DNA of 62,729 nucleotides, filler included, from Callorhinchus milii (lineage: Eukaryota): assembly GCF_018977255.1 (NCBI RefSeq). It is 4 parts of 4 records of this genome, joined end to end, with 100 filler letters (N's around TTAATTAATTAA, not from the genome) between each part and the next. Parts side by side here need not be neighbours in the genome. Positions count along the whole stretch, not along the records: positions 1 to 19,365 come from NW_024704859.1; 3 more parts are not named here. One strand, written 5' to 3'. Positions 1 through 13,210 of the stretch are shown here, in pieces. The notes under the pieces are model-generated. The model was not told the DNA's origin. It made no database searches and worked only from the letters and a program-made list of their open reading frames with translations. The translations under genes and the position numbers were made by a program. The number at the start of each line of letters is the position of its first letter. Positions within the stretch are counted from its first letter, which is position 1.

Positions 1-135
1 CTGTGGGACATTGTTGTGTGCAATTCCCTGCCGCGTTTCGCCCACAAAAATGCAGTTAATTAAGTTTACAGTACATTCTGTCCAGCGCCTTGTGACGTCC
101 TACCGACGTGAAAGGCGCTATACAAATGTAATCGT
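1..135 (+). mobile_element. 3' part of the abundant tRNA-headed SINE
   Basis: Matches the ctgtgggacattgctgtgcgcaattggctgccgcgtt...gtgaaaagcgctata core repeated many times in the window. Confidence 0.75.
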
Positions 136-619
136 GTTGTTTTGTTGTTGTTCTACCATTTCCACGCATCGCAAAGCACTTCAGAGAATACACTGTAACG
201 TAAATTGTCTGTTCCATTGTAGGCAAAATGCGGAAGGCAAATGCGCACTGCAGTGTCCCACAAACAGTCATGGATTGAGCTGCCAATTTTTAAAAATGAT
301 TATCATCTCCGGAAAAGCCACCTACCAGTTGACTAACAACCGGGCTCCTGCTTCCTGGTTGGTAAATGGATGTATCATGTGAAGCAACTTGAGACATATG
401 GAAGACAAGAAAATTGCTGTATCAAATACAAGTAGTATTTCTATTATTATATATTACATAGAATGAAAGAAAGAAATTGATCGGAAAATCTCACTTGGTC
501 TTTTTGTTTTAAACAATGGGTTTAGCCAATGATTGTCAATAGGTTTGACTTATTTAGGCTAAGTAAATGCACGTTATCCTATTACTGTGATGGGCATTTC
601 TCTCTCTCCCTCTCTCCAG

Positions 620-1527
620 CTAACCTGGTGTCGATTATAATCCTGTGTCGAGGGCAGTGCGGACTGTCTAAATGTATCTCTCGCTATCTGGTGGCCATGA
701 CCATAGCAGATCTGTGTGTGATAATCACATCAGCGATTTTCTATCGAGTAATTTTTCCTTATTTCCCAAATTCATTCGTGTCGATCACTCCAGTTTTTGG
801 GCTCCTTATGGTCCTGGCTGGTACTACAACCTCAATCTCTGTTTGGTTAACTGTGGCTTTCAACTTTGACCGGTATGTGGCCATTTGCTGTCAAAATCTG
901 AAAACAAAGTACTGCTCACTAAAAAATTCTGGTACAGTGATAGCGGTATTGATTGTGCTTTTCGCTGTGATAAATATTCCCTGGGGTTTTATGGTTGAAC
1001 CGCAGTACATAATTGATAATATACCGTGGGGATGCGTACCAAAATCAAGTTATTACACTTCTCTCAGTTGGGCAGCATTTGACACGCTTAGTTACATTTT
1101 AACACCAATTCTCCCATTCGTTATGATTTTGCTGCTCAACGCCCTGACGGTCAGGCACATATTGGTGGTCAGTAGAGCCCGCAATAGATTGCGAGGAGAC
1201 AGCCATAGGGAGAAAAATCGAGGTGCTGTTGACAGTGATCCGGAGATGAAGAACCGAAGAAAATCTATCGTTTTACTCTTTGCTGTTTCCAGCAGTTTTA
1301 TATTATTATGGATGACGTATATTCTATGTTTCTTGTATTGGAGGATTTCCGAAACATATTCCTTCACAGGCTCATTGTTTATCACATTTCACTCTGGTTA
1401 CATGCTGCAGCTTTTGAGTTCCTGCACAAACACATGCGTTTATGCGGTTACCCAGACGAAATTCAGGGAGGAGCTCAGCAAAGTGGTAATTTTTCCTTTC
1501 TTTCTAATTGTTAGATTATTTAATTAG
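620..1527 (+). CDS. Class A GPCR, GPR139-like (cartilaginous-fish expanded family); main coding exon, first exon (N-terminus/most of TM1) not located
   Basis: Open frame (track ORF 529-1527) with hydrophobic helices, ANLVSIIILCRGQCGLSKCISRYLVAM, DRY motif (FDRYVAICC), TM7 SSCTNTCVYAVTQTKFR. Pyrimidine tract plus AG at 618-619 suggests the real exon starts at 620; the ORF's first 30 residues are probably intronic. Confidence 0.8.
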
Positions 1528-1759
1528 CCAAAGTTGTTTGCGAATCTGATAACCAGTTCGATGAACAGAAATCTAGAAATTGCCACACATATCCACGTTT
1601 GGGTCAGAGATAGAGGAAACCTCCCTCCAAACTGACCGTCGAAACTTACAGGTCAAGGATGGAGATAAAGTAAATTTTGCTGTTCACCGTCCGTCCACCA
1701 TCTGGTGTAAGAGTGTTTAGGAGTGATTTTGTAATTCGGTTAATACAATATGTTGGCGA

Positions 1760-2490
1760 GTGTCAATCTTTCTCTTCATGTGTATTTTGTGATTGTGTAC
1801 AACTTCATGTTTGTGTTTCTCTTTCACTGTGTGTGTTTGTTTTGTGTGTTTTAGTACATATGTGCCATTGTGTTTTGTGTTTGTTTGTGTATGCAGGTCA
1901 GTGTATGTGCGCGTGTACGTGTGCACGCATATGTGTTTACGTGTTTTTGTGTGTTTTAGTATGTATATGACAATGTGTATGTGTGTGTGAGTGTGTGTAG
2001 ATCAATGTATGTGCGTGTGCCTTCGTATGTGTGTGTGTATTTGGGTCTGTGATTTATATGTTTCAAGATGTACCTGTGAATGTGTGCGTGACCGTGCGTA
2101 GATCAGTGCGTGTGAGTGTGTGCAGATCAGTTTGTTTACAAAAACTCAGACTCACAAACTCACAAAGACAAGTGTTTACCTGCATGTGTAGGATTGCGTG
2201 TTTGTGCGTGTTTTATTGTCTTTGTGAGTTTGTGAGTCTGAGTTTTTGTATACTTGAGTATGTATATGTCAAAGGGTGCTTGCACGTCTGCTGATAAGTG
2301 TGTGTGCAGTTCAATGTATGTGAATGTGCGTGCGTATGTGTGTAGTGAGTGGGTATAACTCTGATTGAGGAAGTCAATGGGTGTGTTTGCATGTGTGTAC
2401 GTGTGCATGTCAGTATTGTGTTTCTGTGTGTTTTAGTAGGTATGCGTGTGGGGGGTCACTGTGTGAGAGAATCTGCGCGCGTGTGTTTGG
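1760..2490. repeat. Degenerate (TG)n-rich low-complexity tract
   Basis: Alternating TG/GT runs; produces the Cys/Val-rich and His/Thr-rich spurious ORFs. Confidence 0.85.
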
Positions 2491-3994
2491 GTGTGCTGGA
2501 TCCGGGAGCAGTCGCCGTTCTCTCTCTCATACCGCACTTGCTTCCCTACCAGCAATGGTGGTACCATCCTTATCTGCGAGAGTTCATCTTTCTCTCTCTA
2601 CCTCAAACACCTCATACTCAAACCAAACCCCAACACCCCCACCCCACAACGCCCAACGCCAAGATACGTGCCAGATCAAAGAATCTGTACAACTAAATGT
2701 TAAAAAGAGTAAAAACGTGAAATAATATTTTCATTCTCTACATCTGAGTCTCTGACTATTTACTCAAAAAATGCGAGCGCATCACAGAAGCAAATCAAAT
2801 CTGCTGGTGGTGGTGCATAGTCGACGACGCCGTCGTTCAGATGATTAGTTAAACGCAGTTCCCATATTCCTGTTAGGTGGAAGTTAAAGAGCCCAATGCG
2901 AGATTGGAGAAGAAAAGGGAATTTCTCTCTCCGAGTGACCCAGAAAACAACCCTCCGGGTAAATCTGTAGTTCACCCGGTTTGGTAGACATCTGGCTGGT
3001 GGGATAGCCAGCGGATCACCTGGTCATCTGCGTAAGTGACCAGTTCTTCTGGTTAGTGACTGGCCAGGTGACATAGATGGCTGGTGACCGGGTAGGGGAG
3101 CAGCTTTTCTGCCGTTTTCTGAGCCGGAATCAGCCACGAATGGCATAATCGTCGCATGCCTCATCTCAGCTCAGTCATCGACAATCGTGTAGTCGGCACA
3201 GACCCGTACCTCAAGCGACACGACCCTATGCGTTATTCTCACTTGGCGACTATGTGTTTCTGAGTCACAACCCTTGATTCCCGTCAACGGCTTTGGTGTA
3301 TTACATCGTCGCTAACGCCTGACAATCCGCCACATGGAAACGAGGCCTATCTTAGATTAATGGTTAGCGTTAGAATGCAAATGGATAATGGATAGACTTG
3401 AAAGTGAGAGGAGGAGGTTGGCCTGGAAAGAGAGAACGAGTGTGTTTCTATCAGAATAAAAAGATTTGGTATTACCTTGAAATAGAGAGCGTGTGAGGAT
3501 TGGAGTGAGATACATGTCGGTGTTAGGGTAGGGATAACAGATTGAGACCAGCACGACAGCCCTCGCATATAACAGCCGTCGCATAATGTTGCACAATTTT
3601 TTTCTTGATAGTGTCCGTAAACATAAGCTATTTCCAGTTATTCTGTATTTTATTCATGTATTCTACTAATTACATGTAACATAGATTCAAATAAATGCAT
3701 GTGTCTCTAATAATAAATATCGCTAAACTGGAGGAAATATATATATTTCTTGCTGTTTACTTCACTACCCAAACCTCTATAAAAATGCTGTAGAGTACAG
3801 ATATGTGTTAGCTCTTTACAACGAAGTCAACATATTTCCACACATGTGCAGAATGGCTCACTTCCCTCTGCCCTGAACCCCATGTTTCTGACTATCAGCC
3901 ACGAGTGCCCCTGAAGTTACAGGGACTGAAGCTGCTCACAGTGACTGACGTTACACTGGAGCTCACAGTGCAAAGCGCTGCCGTTCCTTCTCCA

Positions 3995-4385
3995 GCTCAG
4001 TCCAGTCATGTCACCATTACAATACAGTAATGTCACCATTACATTCCAGTCATGTTACCATTAAAATCCAGTCATCTCACCATTACAGTCCAGTCATGTC
4101 ACCATTACAGTCCAGTCTTGTCACCATTACATTTACGTCATGTCAAAATTACTGTCCAATCATGTCACCATTTCAGTCCAGTCATGTCATCATGATAGTC
4201 AATTCATGTCACCATGAGAGTCCAGTTATATCACCATTACATTAAGGTGCTGCCACCATCACACTCCAGTCATGTCACCATTACATTCCAATCAAGGCAC
4301 TGTTACAGTCCATTCATATCACATTAAATTCCAATGATGTCACCATTGCAGCCCAGCCCAGTCGTGTCACTATTACATTCCTGTG
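3995..4385. repeat. ~21-bp minisatellite (tccagtcatgtcaccattaca-like units)
   Basis: Repeated degenerate cagtcatgtcaccattac units, head to tail, no unique spacers. Confidence 0.8.
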
Positions 4386-5379
4386 ATGATTACAGCCTGC
4401 AATGTGCTCCCGTTGCTCAGGGTGGCGCTATTAGTGTGTGTGTTTGGATGTGTCTCTGTGTGTCAGAAACTGTAATGCGCTCCCAGTGCTGAAGATATCG
4501 CTGTTTGTGAGTGTTTTAGCGTGTGTGTGTGTGTTTGTGCTAGAGGATTGAATGTGCCCCCAGAGCTGAGGGTGGAGCTGTTTGTGTGTGTTTGTCTGTG
4601 TTTGTATGTGTGTGTGTTTGCATGTGTGTGTGTGTATGTTTATATTTCAGAGCCTTTAAAGTGCCCCACTCGGATTTATCAAGTAGGTAATGTGTTACGT
4701 CAGTCAGTGAGCCCTGAAACAGATGGTTACAGACACAAACGACAGCATCAACAACTTCTAGGGACTTCCGTGCAGAGTAACCTCCGAAAATCTGGGAATG
4801 GTCGGTCGTCTGATCTGATCAATCAGACCAGAACAATCAAGACTGAGGGACGACGTGATGAAAGTAACTCAAATGATCGAGTGTTTTGATATAGCAAATA
4901 TAGAGAAATGACTCCTGCTGTAAATCAGTGACTAAATGATTGGAGCGCTCTGAAACGCTACGCCGTGTGGAGAGCGCCATATATATCCAAGTTGTTGTTG
5001 CTGTGACTGTGTTAATATAGATAGCTAACAAAATGAGCAAATGTCGATGTCAGCAGATTATTTTTCGGTTACGGTGTCGTTGGGATAGGGAATGACCTTT
5101 ACGGAGCAGTGATTGTGCAAGAATTCATGTAGAAGTCAAAGAAGAGCCGGAGTCATAGCTAAAAGGGAGACAAATTATAGGGCAATTAAACGCGATCTAA
5201 AGCGTTGCACTTCAAAAAGCATACAGTGCAGCAATTTTCTATGCTGTACATGTCTTTGGTTTTATGATCAAGAGCATAATATGCACTCCAATTTATTATT
5301 ATCTCATATGTTGTTTCAACCAATGCAGGTTTTTTTAAAAATTTCTGTTTGCGCACCTGTGATACACAATATTCCCACG

Positions 5380-7595
5380 CAGAATATAATAATCTTTATA
5401 TTTACCAGCGCCTTTCATGTCCGGAAGATATTTTAACCGTTTCACATGATTTACTGCAGAATTTAGTGACTGTAATTTCCAGGCGAATAACCCGTAGCAA
5501 TGAAGTGTCTTTCACATGGTTGCGGTTAAGCCTCTGACACAGAGATTGTGTGTACACATATCAAATGCAAATATTATTATTATTATTATTATTTTGAACT
5601 CCTACAATCCCGGTTGATAATTTCACACAGCGCTCGGCCTCGACTGCGTTGTGAGGTTGCAATCATTCAGATGAGCATTACTTGGAGGCTTATCGGCAAG
5701 TTGAGGTGGAAGTTAAAAATCTCATGGTATTATTCGAAATAAGGAGGTCGATTTTTCCGGTATTCTGGCCAATAATCCTCCTTTGGGAAGCCCCAACAAA
5801 GTGATAAGATAGTGTCTGCAGTGCAAGCATTACTATCGTTCAAGATAAAATAATAATATTAGTAATAAGAAGAATGATAATAATACTACTACTAATAATA
5901 AATTGGTCACTTCAATCCCGGACTGTTTATCGGACACTGCTTTACGCATTTGTCACCCACAATTTACAACAGAATATACAATCAATTCACTTTACAATAT
6001 ATTCTGTGAATCGCGTTCATATGTCGTTTAGACGTGATCAGACGCTAAATAGATGCAAGCATTAATATTAAGGTAACATAGTATTGTAAACTGGGAATTG
6101 TTGGCTTGAATATCCTGAGATATTCACTTTTGTATCAAAGTAGATTTATGGGATCTTTAATATCCAGAGAAACGGAGAGACCAAATCTCTTAGAATACAG
6201 GCGTGCAGTGTATTGCCGTGTCGGCCTGGAGTTGATCAGTTCCACGTGCAAATATGGGGCTTGAATCACCGGCATTCACGCCAGATTGATGCATACGTTT
6301 AGTAGTATAATCTGAATTTGAAGTCTCAATGTGTGGAATGAGCCAAATGAGCCATTTCGATAGACAAAGTTAAGCGTAACCTCAGCATTGAGACAGATAG
6401 AATAAAACAATTTACTTATTTCCCAAACTTTTGGTATGAAAATTCTTAGACTTGAAAGTTATAATGTTTCCAGAATAATTTGGCTTCTTATTAATAGTCT
6501 CTAAAATATATTTTCAAAGAGCGTTTAGAGACCGTCAATTTTATTAAACGAAAAAGATGCTGTTCGGCAGATACACTTGTTAATCATGTAGCTGCTAATT
6601 TTCAAAAAAGCTTCCATGATAAAAAGTGCAAATTGTTATTTTCTCTGGTGTTAATTCACCTGCAATGTGTTTCAAACATTTGTTTTAATTCTCAAACATA
6701 CAAATTGTGTGGCAAGACTACGCTTACAGAAACGTTAAATATGCAAGATATTTTAGTTAAACATTAACTTGTAGAAGATGCAACCTTTGTAGCATATATA
6801 TTCTGGTAATTGCCAATGATCCGTTGTCAGCTAAGGTAACTGCTGTGGTATGAAATATTCACTGATAATTAAAAACAGTTTCTATTTCCGTTGGAGGATT
6901 ATATCTGATACCCTGGCAATTATTTTATTTATACAGTAATAACTCATGGATGGAAATACTCTGTGTTGTTTGGCGTAATATTTTTAACCTCTTTCTAGCA
7001 GAAGGTTTCGGGTTAGATTCACGTTTTATCCCCATTTAAATTAGAATCAGAAAAGGCAGGTGTTTCCTGCAGATCAGAAAATGAGTTCGTTTCAGATGAC
7101 TTCGGATCATCACGTGGCGATTATCAATGATTTCTTGTAAATATTGTTTGAACTGCAGTGACCTGGAGCAGCAGGATTCAGTCCTGTATTTCTTGATGTT
7201 AATTTGCCTCAAAGTTATCAATTGTATGTACATTTGCTTTATTATAATTTGGCTTGGGTTCTGGAGGCCGGCAGATGTGTACAGTGGCCTCAATAGTCCT
7301 GAACTGACTCCAAGTTGGAAAACTTGGCAACAAACTATAGGATGTGACTCAAGCCTTTGTGGTACTCTCGATGATTTCTCTTCCTGAGAGAAGTCGGTCC
7401 TCAGTATTCCCTTCCCTGCTTTTGACAAATCAGCCAACCTGCATGCCTCATTGTCAGGACGAGATGAGCAAACTGCTCAACGAAGGCAATTGAGATACAT
7501 TCAATTGACATCTTGTTAACCCTGCAGGGCAAATCAATAAAGTGTAGGATAGTTCTAACCGACCAAAAAGCAGGGATCTAGCCAGTCAATGCATA
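5380..7595 (-). repeat. Segmental paralogue of the IgM cluster 3' flank (homologous to 33890-35620 and, inverted, to ~54290-56550)
   Basis: Shared anchors by eye, e.g. gcaggtgtttcctgcagat, atcacgtg, tgcaaattgttatt, gatttactgcaga and an orthologous old Deu-domain SINE. Confidence 0.7.
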
Positions 7596-9187
7596 CAACA
7601 ACAAGACAACAACAACAAGATTCCATTTATAGAGCGCCTTTCACGTCAGGAGGACGTCCCAAGGCGCTGCACAGTTGGGTCATGACCCGAGCAGGGGGGA
7701 AATGGTCAGGGTGAGGGGAGGGAAGGGAGGGAGAGAGGAGGGGGAAATGGTCAGGGTGAGGGGAGGGAAGGGAGGGAGCGAGGAGGAGGAAGAGAGTCGA
7801 GAGGGGAGCTGAAGGCACGGTCAAAGAGAAAGGTTTTGAGACCGGCCTTGAAGGAGGAAAGGGAGGAAGCAAGGCGAAGGCACTGGGGGATGGAGTTCCA
7901 GAGCCTGGGGCTGAGAGGCTGAAGGCCCGACCACCGATAGTAGGGCGGTTGGGGCGGGGGACGTGGAGCAGACCGGAGCCAGAGGAACGGAGGGTACGGG
8001 CAGGTAGGTAGGGGGATAGTAGGTTGGAGAGGTAGGAGGGAGCAAGGCCGTGAATGGCCTTGTAGGTGAGGATGAGGATCTTGAAATCAATCCTCTGGGG
8101 GATGGGGAGCCAGTGGAGGCGAGCGAGGGTGGGAGTGATGTGATCGCGAAGCCTGGTGCGGGACAGTACACGAGCTGCAGAGTTCTGAATGACCTGCAGT
8201 GTGGAGGGAGGTGGCGGGAAGGCCGGCGAGGAGAGAGTTCCCATAGTCCAGCCTTGAGGTGACAAAGGCGTGAACCAGGGTTTCAGCAGCGTGAGGGGTG
8301 AGGTAGTGCCGTAATCTGGCGATATTCCGGAGGTGATGGAAGGCGGTGCCAGTTGTGGTGCGGATGTGAGGGAGAAAGGACAGCTCAGGGTCGAACAAAA
8401 CGCCGAGGTTCCTGACTGGCTTTGAGAGGTGGAGAGTGCAGCCTTGGATGCTGATGGTGTCAGCGCCTGAGGTGCGGAGGCGCTGACGTGAGCCAATCAG
8501 GAGGGCCTCGGTTTTTTGCACGTTGAGCTGAAGAAAGTTGTCTCTCGTCCAGGACTCGATGTCGGACAGGCAGGCTGTCAGGACATCGGTGGTCGTGGAG
8601 TTGAGAGTAGAGGAGGAAAGTTAGAGTTGGGCATACATGTGGAAGTTAACCCCATGTTTGCGGATGATGTCACCAAGGGGGAGCATATAAAGGGTGAAGA
8701 GGAGGGGACCGAGGACAGAGCCCTGAGGGACACCACATGAGACAGTACGGGGGGTGGAGGAGAAGCCATTCGTTGAGACGAAGTGAAGACGGTGGGAAAG
8801 GTAAGAGCTAAACCATTCAAGGACAGTGCCTTGAAGGTTGAGGTGGGAGGACAAGCGGTGGAGTAGGATAGCGTGGTCGACCGTATCGAATGCTGCCGAT
8901 AGGTCGAGGAGGACGAGGAGACAGAGGGAGCCCTGGTCACAGATGGTCAGGATATAATTGGTGACCTTGACCAGGGCAGTTTGTGTGCTATGAGCAGCAC
9001 GGAAACCTGACTGAAGGGGTTCGAAAAGAGAATGGGTGGAGAGGAAAGAGCGCAGTTGGGAGGCGACAACTCTTTCCAAGACCTTGGAGAGAAAGGGGAG
9101 GTTGGAGATGGGCCGGTAGCTTGATAGCTGCGACGCATCAAGGGAGGGTTTTTTCAGGGTGGGCGTGATGATGGCAGTTTCATACAT
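7595..9187 (-). mobile_element. 5'-truncated L2-clade LINE (RT C-terminal half, frameshifted)
   Basis: Minus-strand ORFs contain [71 protein letters not shown]; (TTG)n tail at ~7595-7620. Confidence 0.9.
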
Positions 9188-9403
9188 TTTAGAGCCAGTA
9201 CTTACACGTACACACGACCCTCCTCACGCATTCCTCCACCCCACTCCACAGCCCCATCGCACCCTACTCCACTCACCATCACCACCATCACACACCCACC
9301 CCCAAGTCTAACCGGAGCCCACTGAATTATGTTGTAAATATTTGTCCCCTAAACAGTGTGCTGATTCCTGTTCCTTTCAGTGCAAGAATGTTCGTCAACC
9401 AGA

Positions 9404-9407
<4 letters not shown>

Positions 9408-9472
<65 letters not shown>

Positions 9473-9520
9473 TCTCTCTCGCTCTCTCTCTCGCGCTCTC
9501 TGTTTCTCACACACACTCAC
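9408..9520. repeat. (TC)n microsatellite
   Basis: Long pure TC run. Confidence 0.95.
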
Positions 9521-9949
9521 AGATTCACACTGGAAAAGCATAATACGTAATATATATCAGTTCCTATGGCAGTATCAAATTTTCTTAAATGTCCCTTCCC
9601 ATTGAGGGAATGAGCCTCGTGGATCTATGTACTGTCGCTTGTCTAAGCCTTTTACATTGGACACTCAGTATTGAACAGTTGCAGCCTGAACAACATGTGT
9701 GCATCTTCACGGTGCTTTCTGAGGATTTGGACCTAAACTGATTCAGGATGTCGCCCCAAATCTTGTTTGTCTTCTCAGCGGCCATATCATGGCATGGTCT
9801 GTGCTGTGTGGCATCTTAGAGACCTTCTCTTGTGACAGAATTCCTTTCTTCCGAGATTTCCATAACATATTGCAAATGTTCTTCGATTTACAGACTGAAG
9901 GCCTGAACATAACGATCTTGAATTAAAGGAAGAACCGTTTTGGACAGGA

Positions 9950-10080
9950 CAATTGGCTGACGCGTTTGCCCACAAATGTACAGTCAATCCACTTTACAGT
10001 GTGTTCTGTGAAGCGCTTTGGGACGTCCTCCAGACGTGAAAAGCGCTATATCAAATGCAAGGATTATTATTATTATTATT
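9950..10080 (+). mobile_element. SINE 3' part with (TAT)n tail
   Basis: Core plus atcaaatgcaaggattattattatt tail. Confidence 0.8.
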
Positions 10081-10615
10081 GTTGTGTGAACTCTAGTGAC
10101 ACATTGCGTTGAGCCCCATTTGGATATTTCACTGCGAACAATACACAAGCGAACTTTGATTCCCAGGTTTATTAATCTTTACAATATGAGGAAATCTGTT
10201 CCCGATTCTCACCCCCGAATCAGGGGATGACCGCACAGGCTGTGTTTCTGATCTACTGCTTATCGGGAGCTCTGACATCTCTCACATGTTCACGATTAAT
10301 TTGTGTCAATGCGGGCAGATATACATATAAACAGCGAGTGACAGCTTCCAACGTATGTGTTTGATGCTGAGTGGTTTTCAGTCGGTGGGAATTGGAAATC
10401 AATACGGAAAATATCACGCAGTGCTTCAGGGAGCCATGTTCATCTTTCTAGTAAATAGTCCCATCACGGACTGATAGTCATATTAAGAAGAGCAATCTGT
10501 GTTCAGATGAGCCCGAACGTGATAATATTCATGGACAGTCATTGTTTAACTTGACCGCATAAGAAATCCAGGATATTGGCTGCTTTTGTGTTTCTAAGTT
10601 ACATTCCTTTTCTAG

Positions 10616-10927
10616 AATGCGCGGATCCCTCTGGCGGTTTCAAGATCTACTTCCTGCCACCTTCCGCGCGACAGGTTTTGATGGATTCCTCTGTAACGCT
10701 GACATGTGTAGTGGCTAATGCACCACCTGACGTCAACGTGACTTGGACACAAGGAAATACATACTTACAGTCTGAAAATGGGAAACCTTCTGTCACTGAG
10801 CCTCAGGAAGTGATCAGTAAATTAAAAATTTCTACACTAGATTGGAACAGTGGTAAAGAATACTTCTGTGTTGCAAGCCACGATGATATGCCGAAGCCCA
10901 TTCGAGAAAGGACATTTAAGAAGAAAG
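10616..10927 (+). CDS. IGHM: IgM heavy chain Cmu3 exon (cluster B), open frame
   Basis: ttttctag acceptor, phase 1-1, 312 bp, g|gtgagg donor; C1-set motifs VTLTCVV, VTW, DWNSGKEYFCVASH. Confidence 0.85.
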
Positions 10928-11391
10928 GTGAGGAACCTAGTTTTAGAAGAAAACATATTTATGTGTTAATTGTAATTCCAGAATACAGACAACAGAAAGA
11001 ATTGTGAAAACAATTGTAGACTCTCTGTCTGTAGATTTGACCCCTCTTAGAAATGTCAGGCAAAATATATAGATGCAGGTTGATATACACAGACACATAA
11101 TTAATATGCACAATAATCTAATTATTACACCTGTAGGATATTTAATCATGTACTGTGAGAGATAAGTTACCCACATCTAAACCACTGTTCAATGCGTGCA
11201 AATGGTAATTTCCTGTGGAGAGATTTCAGTCACCATTGGTGCTCCGAGTCACACCCAAAATTACAAATCAATAAGCACAGAATGAACAGAAAAACACTTT
11301 ATTTTCAACTTATTCTGCAGTCTCTTGTGCTCCAAGGTTTTCTCCGATTGACACACTTCAGAGTATTGATTTCTTTGTATTCTTCCCACAG

Positions 11392-11783
11392 TTGGTTACA
11401 TGGAACAACCTTCGGTGTATCTCCTCCTGCCCTCGGCAGAGGAATTGTCTGCTCAGCAGTATGTCACGCTCAGCTGCCTGGTGAAGGACTTCGCTCCCAA
11501 AGAGATCTTTGTGCAATGGACTGTCGATGACCAGGTGATTGATGGCAGGAGCTACAGGAACACTGATGTGATGGCAGACAGTACAGATCACAATTACACC
11601 ATGTACAGCATGTTATCTATTGCAGCCGAAGATTGGAACAGAGGAATCTCCTACTCCTGTGTGGTCGGACACGAATCTTTCCCACTGAAGACACTGACCA
11701 GATCCGTTATTAAATACAGCGATAAACCGAGTTTTGTAAACATTTCCCTTGTCCTGATGGACACCCTGAATGCCTGTCAATGA
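11392..11783 (+). CDS. IGHM: IgM Cmu4 plus secretory tailpiece (cluster B), open frame
   Basis: ttcccacag acceptor; PSVYLLLPSAEE, LSCLVKDFAPKEIFVQW, YSCVVGHE, tail KPSFVNISLVLMDTLNACQ* with sequon and penultimate Cys typical of chondrichthyan IgM. Internal membrane donor reads G|AT at 11722-11723. Confidence 0.9.
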
Positions 11784-11871
11784 GAGGCTCTCAATACAGT
11801 TTTCCTATTCTCGAATCCACCAGCCTCATAACCGTTGCATTACCTGTTTGGTTTCATGAAAAAGTAACTCA

Positions 11872-11877
11872 AATAAA
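11872..11877 (+). terminator. Polyadenylation signal, secretory transcript (cluster B)
   Basis: AATAAA 89 bp after the stop; same context as 49137. Confidence 0.65.
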
Positions 11878-12379
11878 GATTATTGTTTTATTGTGAGTCA
11901 ACTACAGAAAGGATGATTTACAACTGATTCCACAGACAATTTCCATAGTAACGAGAGATACATTCATTTTTTGAGGGGATGTTAGCATCAAGTTTATTGA
12001 ACAGCAGGTTGGCTTGGAAACTCTTAAGCATGTTGATGGGTTATCATATGTGTCAGATACCCGGTTCACCCAAAAAAGTTAATCGCCCAAATTATTCTAC
12101 ATTAATTGCTACATTCCAATCACCAACTGGATTTTATTTGCAGTTTGATTCAGAATTGCATAGGGTAGCTACAGCTCTTGCCTTCAAAGATATTTTCAAT
12201 TCCCCCAGTAGCATCTCATGCCACATGCAACAGCACCTCGGATGTAAATTACGACCTTTGTTTAACACATTTCCCTTAAAAGTAAATAATTCTTATACCG
12301 AAACACATCAAGGTACAGGAAAATATTCACTAAAGCACAAGCTTAGTAATATTTGTACATTGTAAACAAAGTAATCATT

Positions 12380-13210
12380 CAAACTTATACTCATACATCC
12401 CACCATTTCCAACAAGGCCCCCACACACTCACACATCCATCCAAGTTCACAAAGATACCCACCCACACACGCACACATATACGCACACACACAGAGACTG
12501 ACACAGACATAGACACACACAAACTCACATCTACCCAGGACCGCATACACACTCACCCATATATTCGCATCCACCGAGGATCACACAGACTCACACATCC
12601 AACCAGGCTCACAGTGACTCACACATACTCACACGCAAACATTTCCGCACACACCTTTACCGGGGCCAATCGATAATCACACTGACATCCATTAAGGCCC
12701 ACACACACTGACACACATCCATTTCCATCCAGGCCCACAAACACTCACACGTACCCAGGCCCCCACACACATTCACACACTCACGCACCCATATTTACAA
12801 TTAATTACAAGGACAAGTCCAAACATTCACATCCACCAAGGCCTCCACACATTCATAAACATGCAATTCTATCCACTCCCAAACACAGATTCTCACATAC
12901 AAAATTCCATCCAGGCCCAAAGACACTCACTCAAACCCACATACACTCACACACACACACATCCACCCAGGTGTCCACACAACTATATACACGCAGGAAC
13001 ACAAGCACATACACACACGCAAACACACCTACACACGTATACTCACATCCATCAAGGAACACACACATACACTCACACTCACCCAGGCCCTCACGTTTGC
13101 ACACACCCATAATAACCAAGACCCACACAAACACATTCGCATCCATCAAGGCCCGCACACATTCACATCCCATCTCTTCCACCTAGGCCCACACATGCTC
13201 ACATTCACCC
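12380..13210. repeat. CA-rich degenerate tandem tract in the Cmu4-TM1 intron
   Basis: acccaggcccacacacactcac-like units; counterparts at 41430-41770 (inverted) and 49700-49880. Confidence 0.75.

Noticed and set aside
1677-2725. Overlapping Cys/Val- and His/Thr-rich ORFs (also 12308-13186, 41598-41813)
   Set aside because: Translations of TG/CA low-complexity DNA.
3937-3970. Two CACAGTG heptamers as a D segment for cluster B
   Set aside because: No nonamer at 12 or 23 bp on either side.
3995-4385. CRISPR-like array
   Set aside because: Eukaryotic context, degenerate head-to-tail units, no unique spacers.
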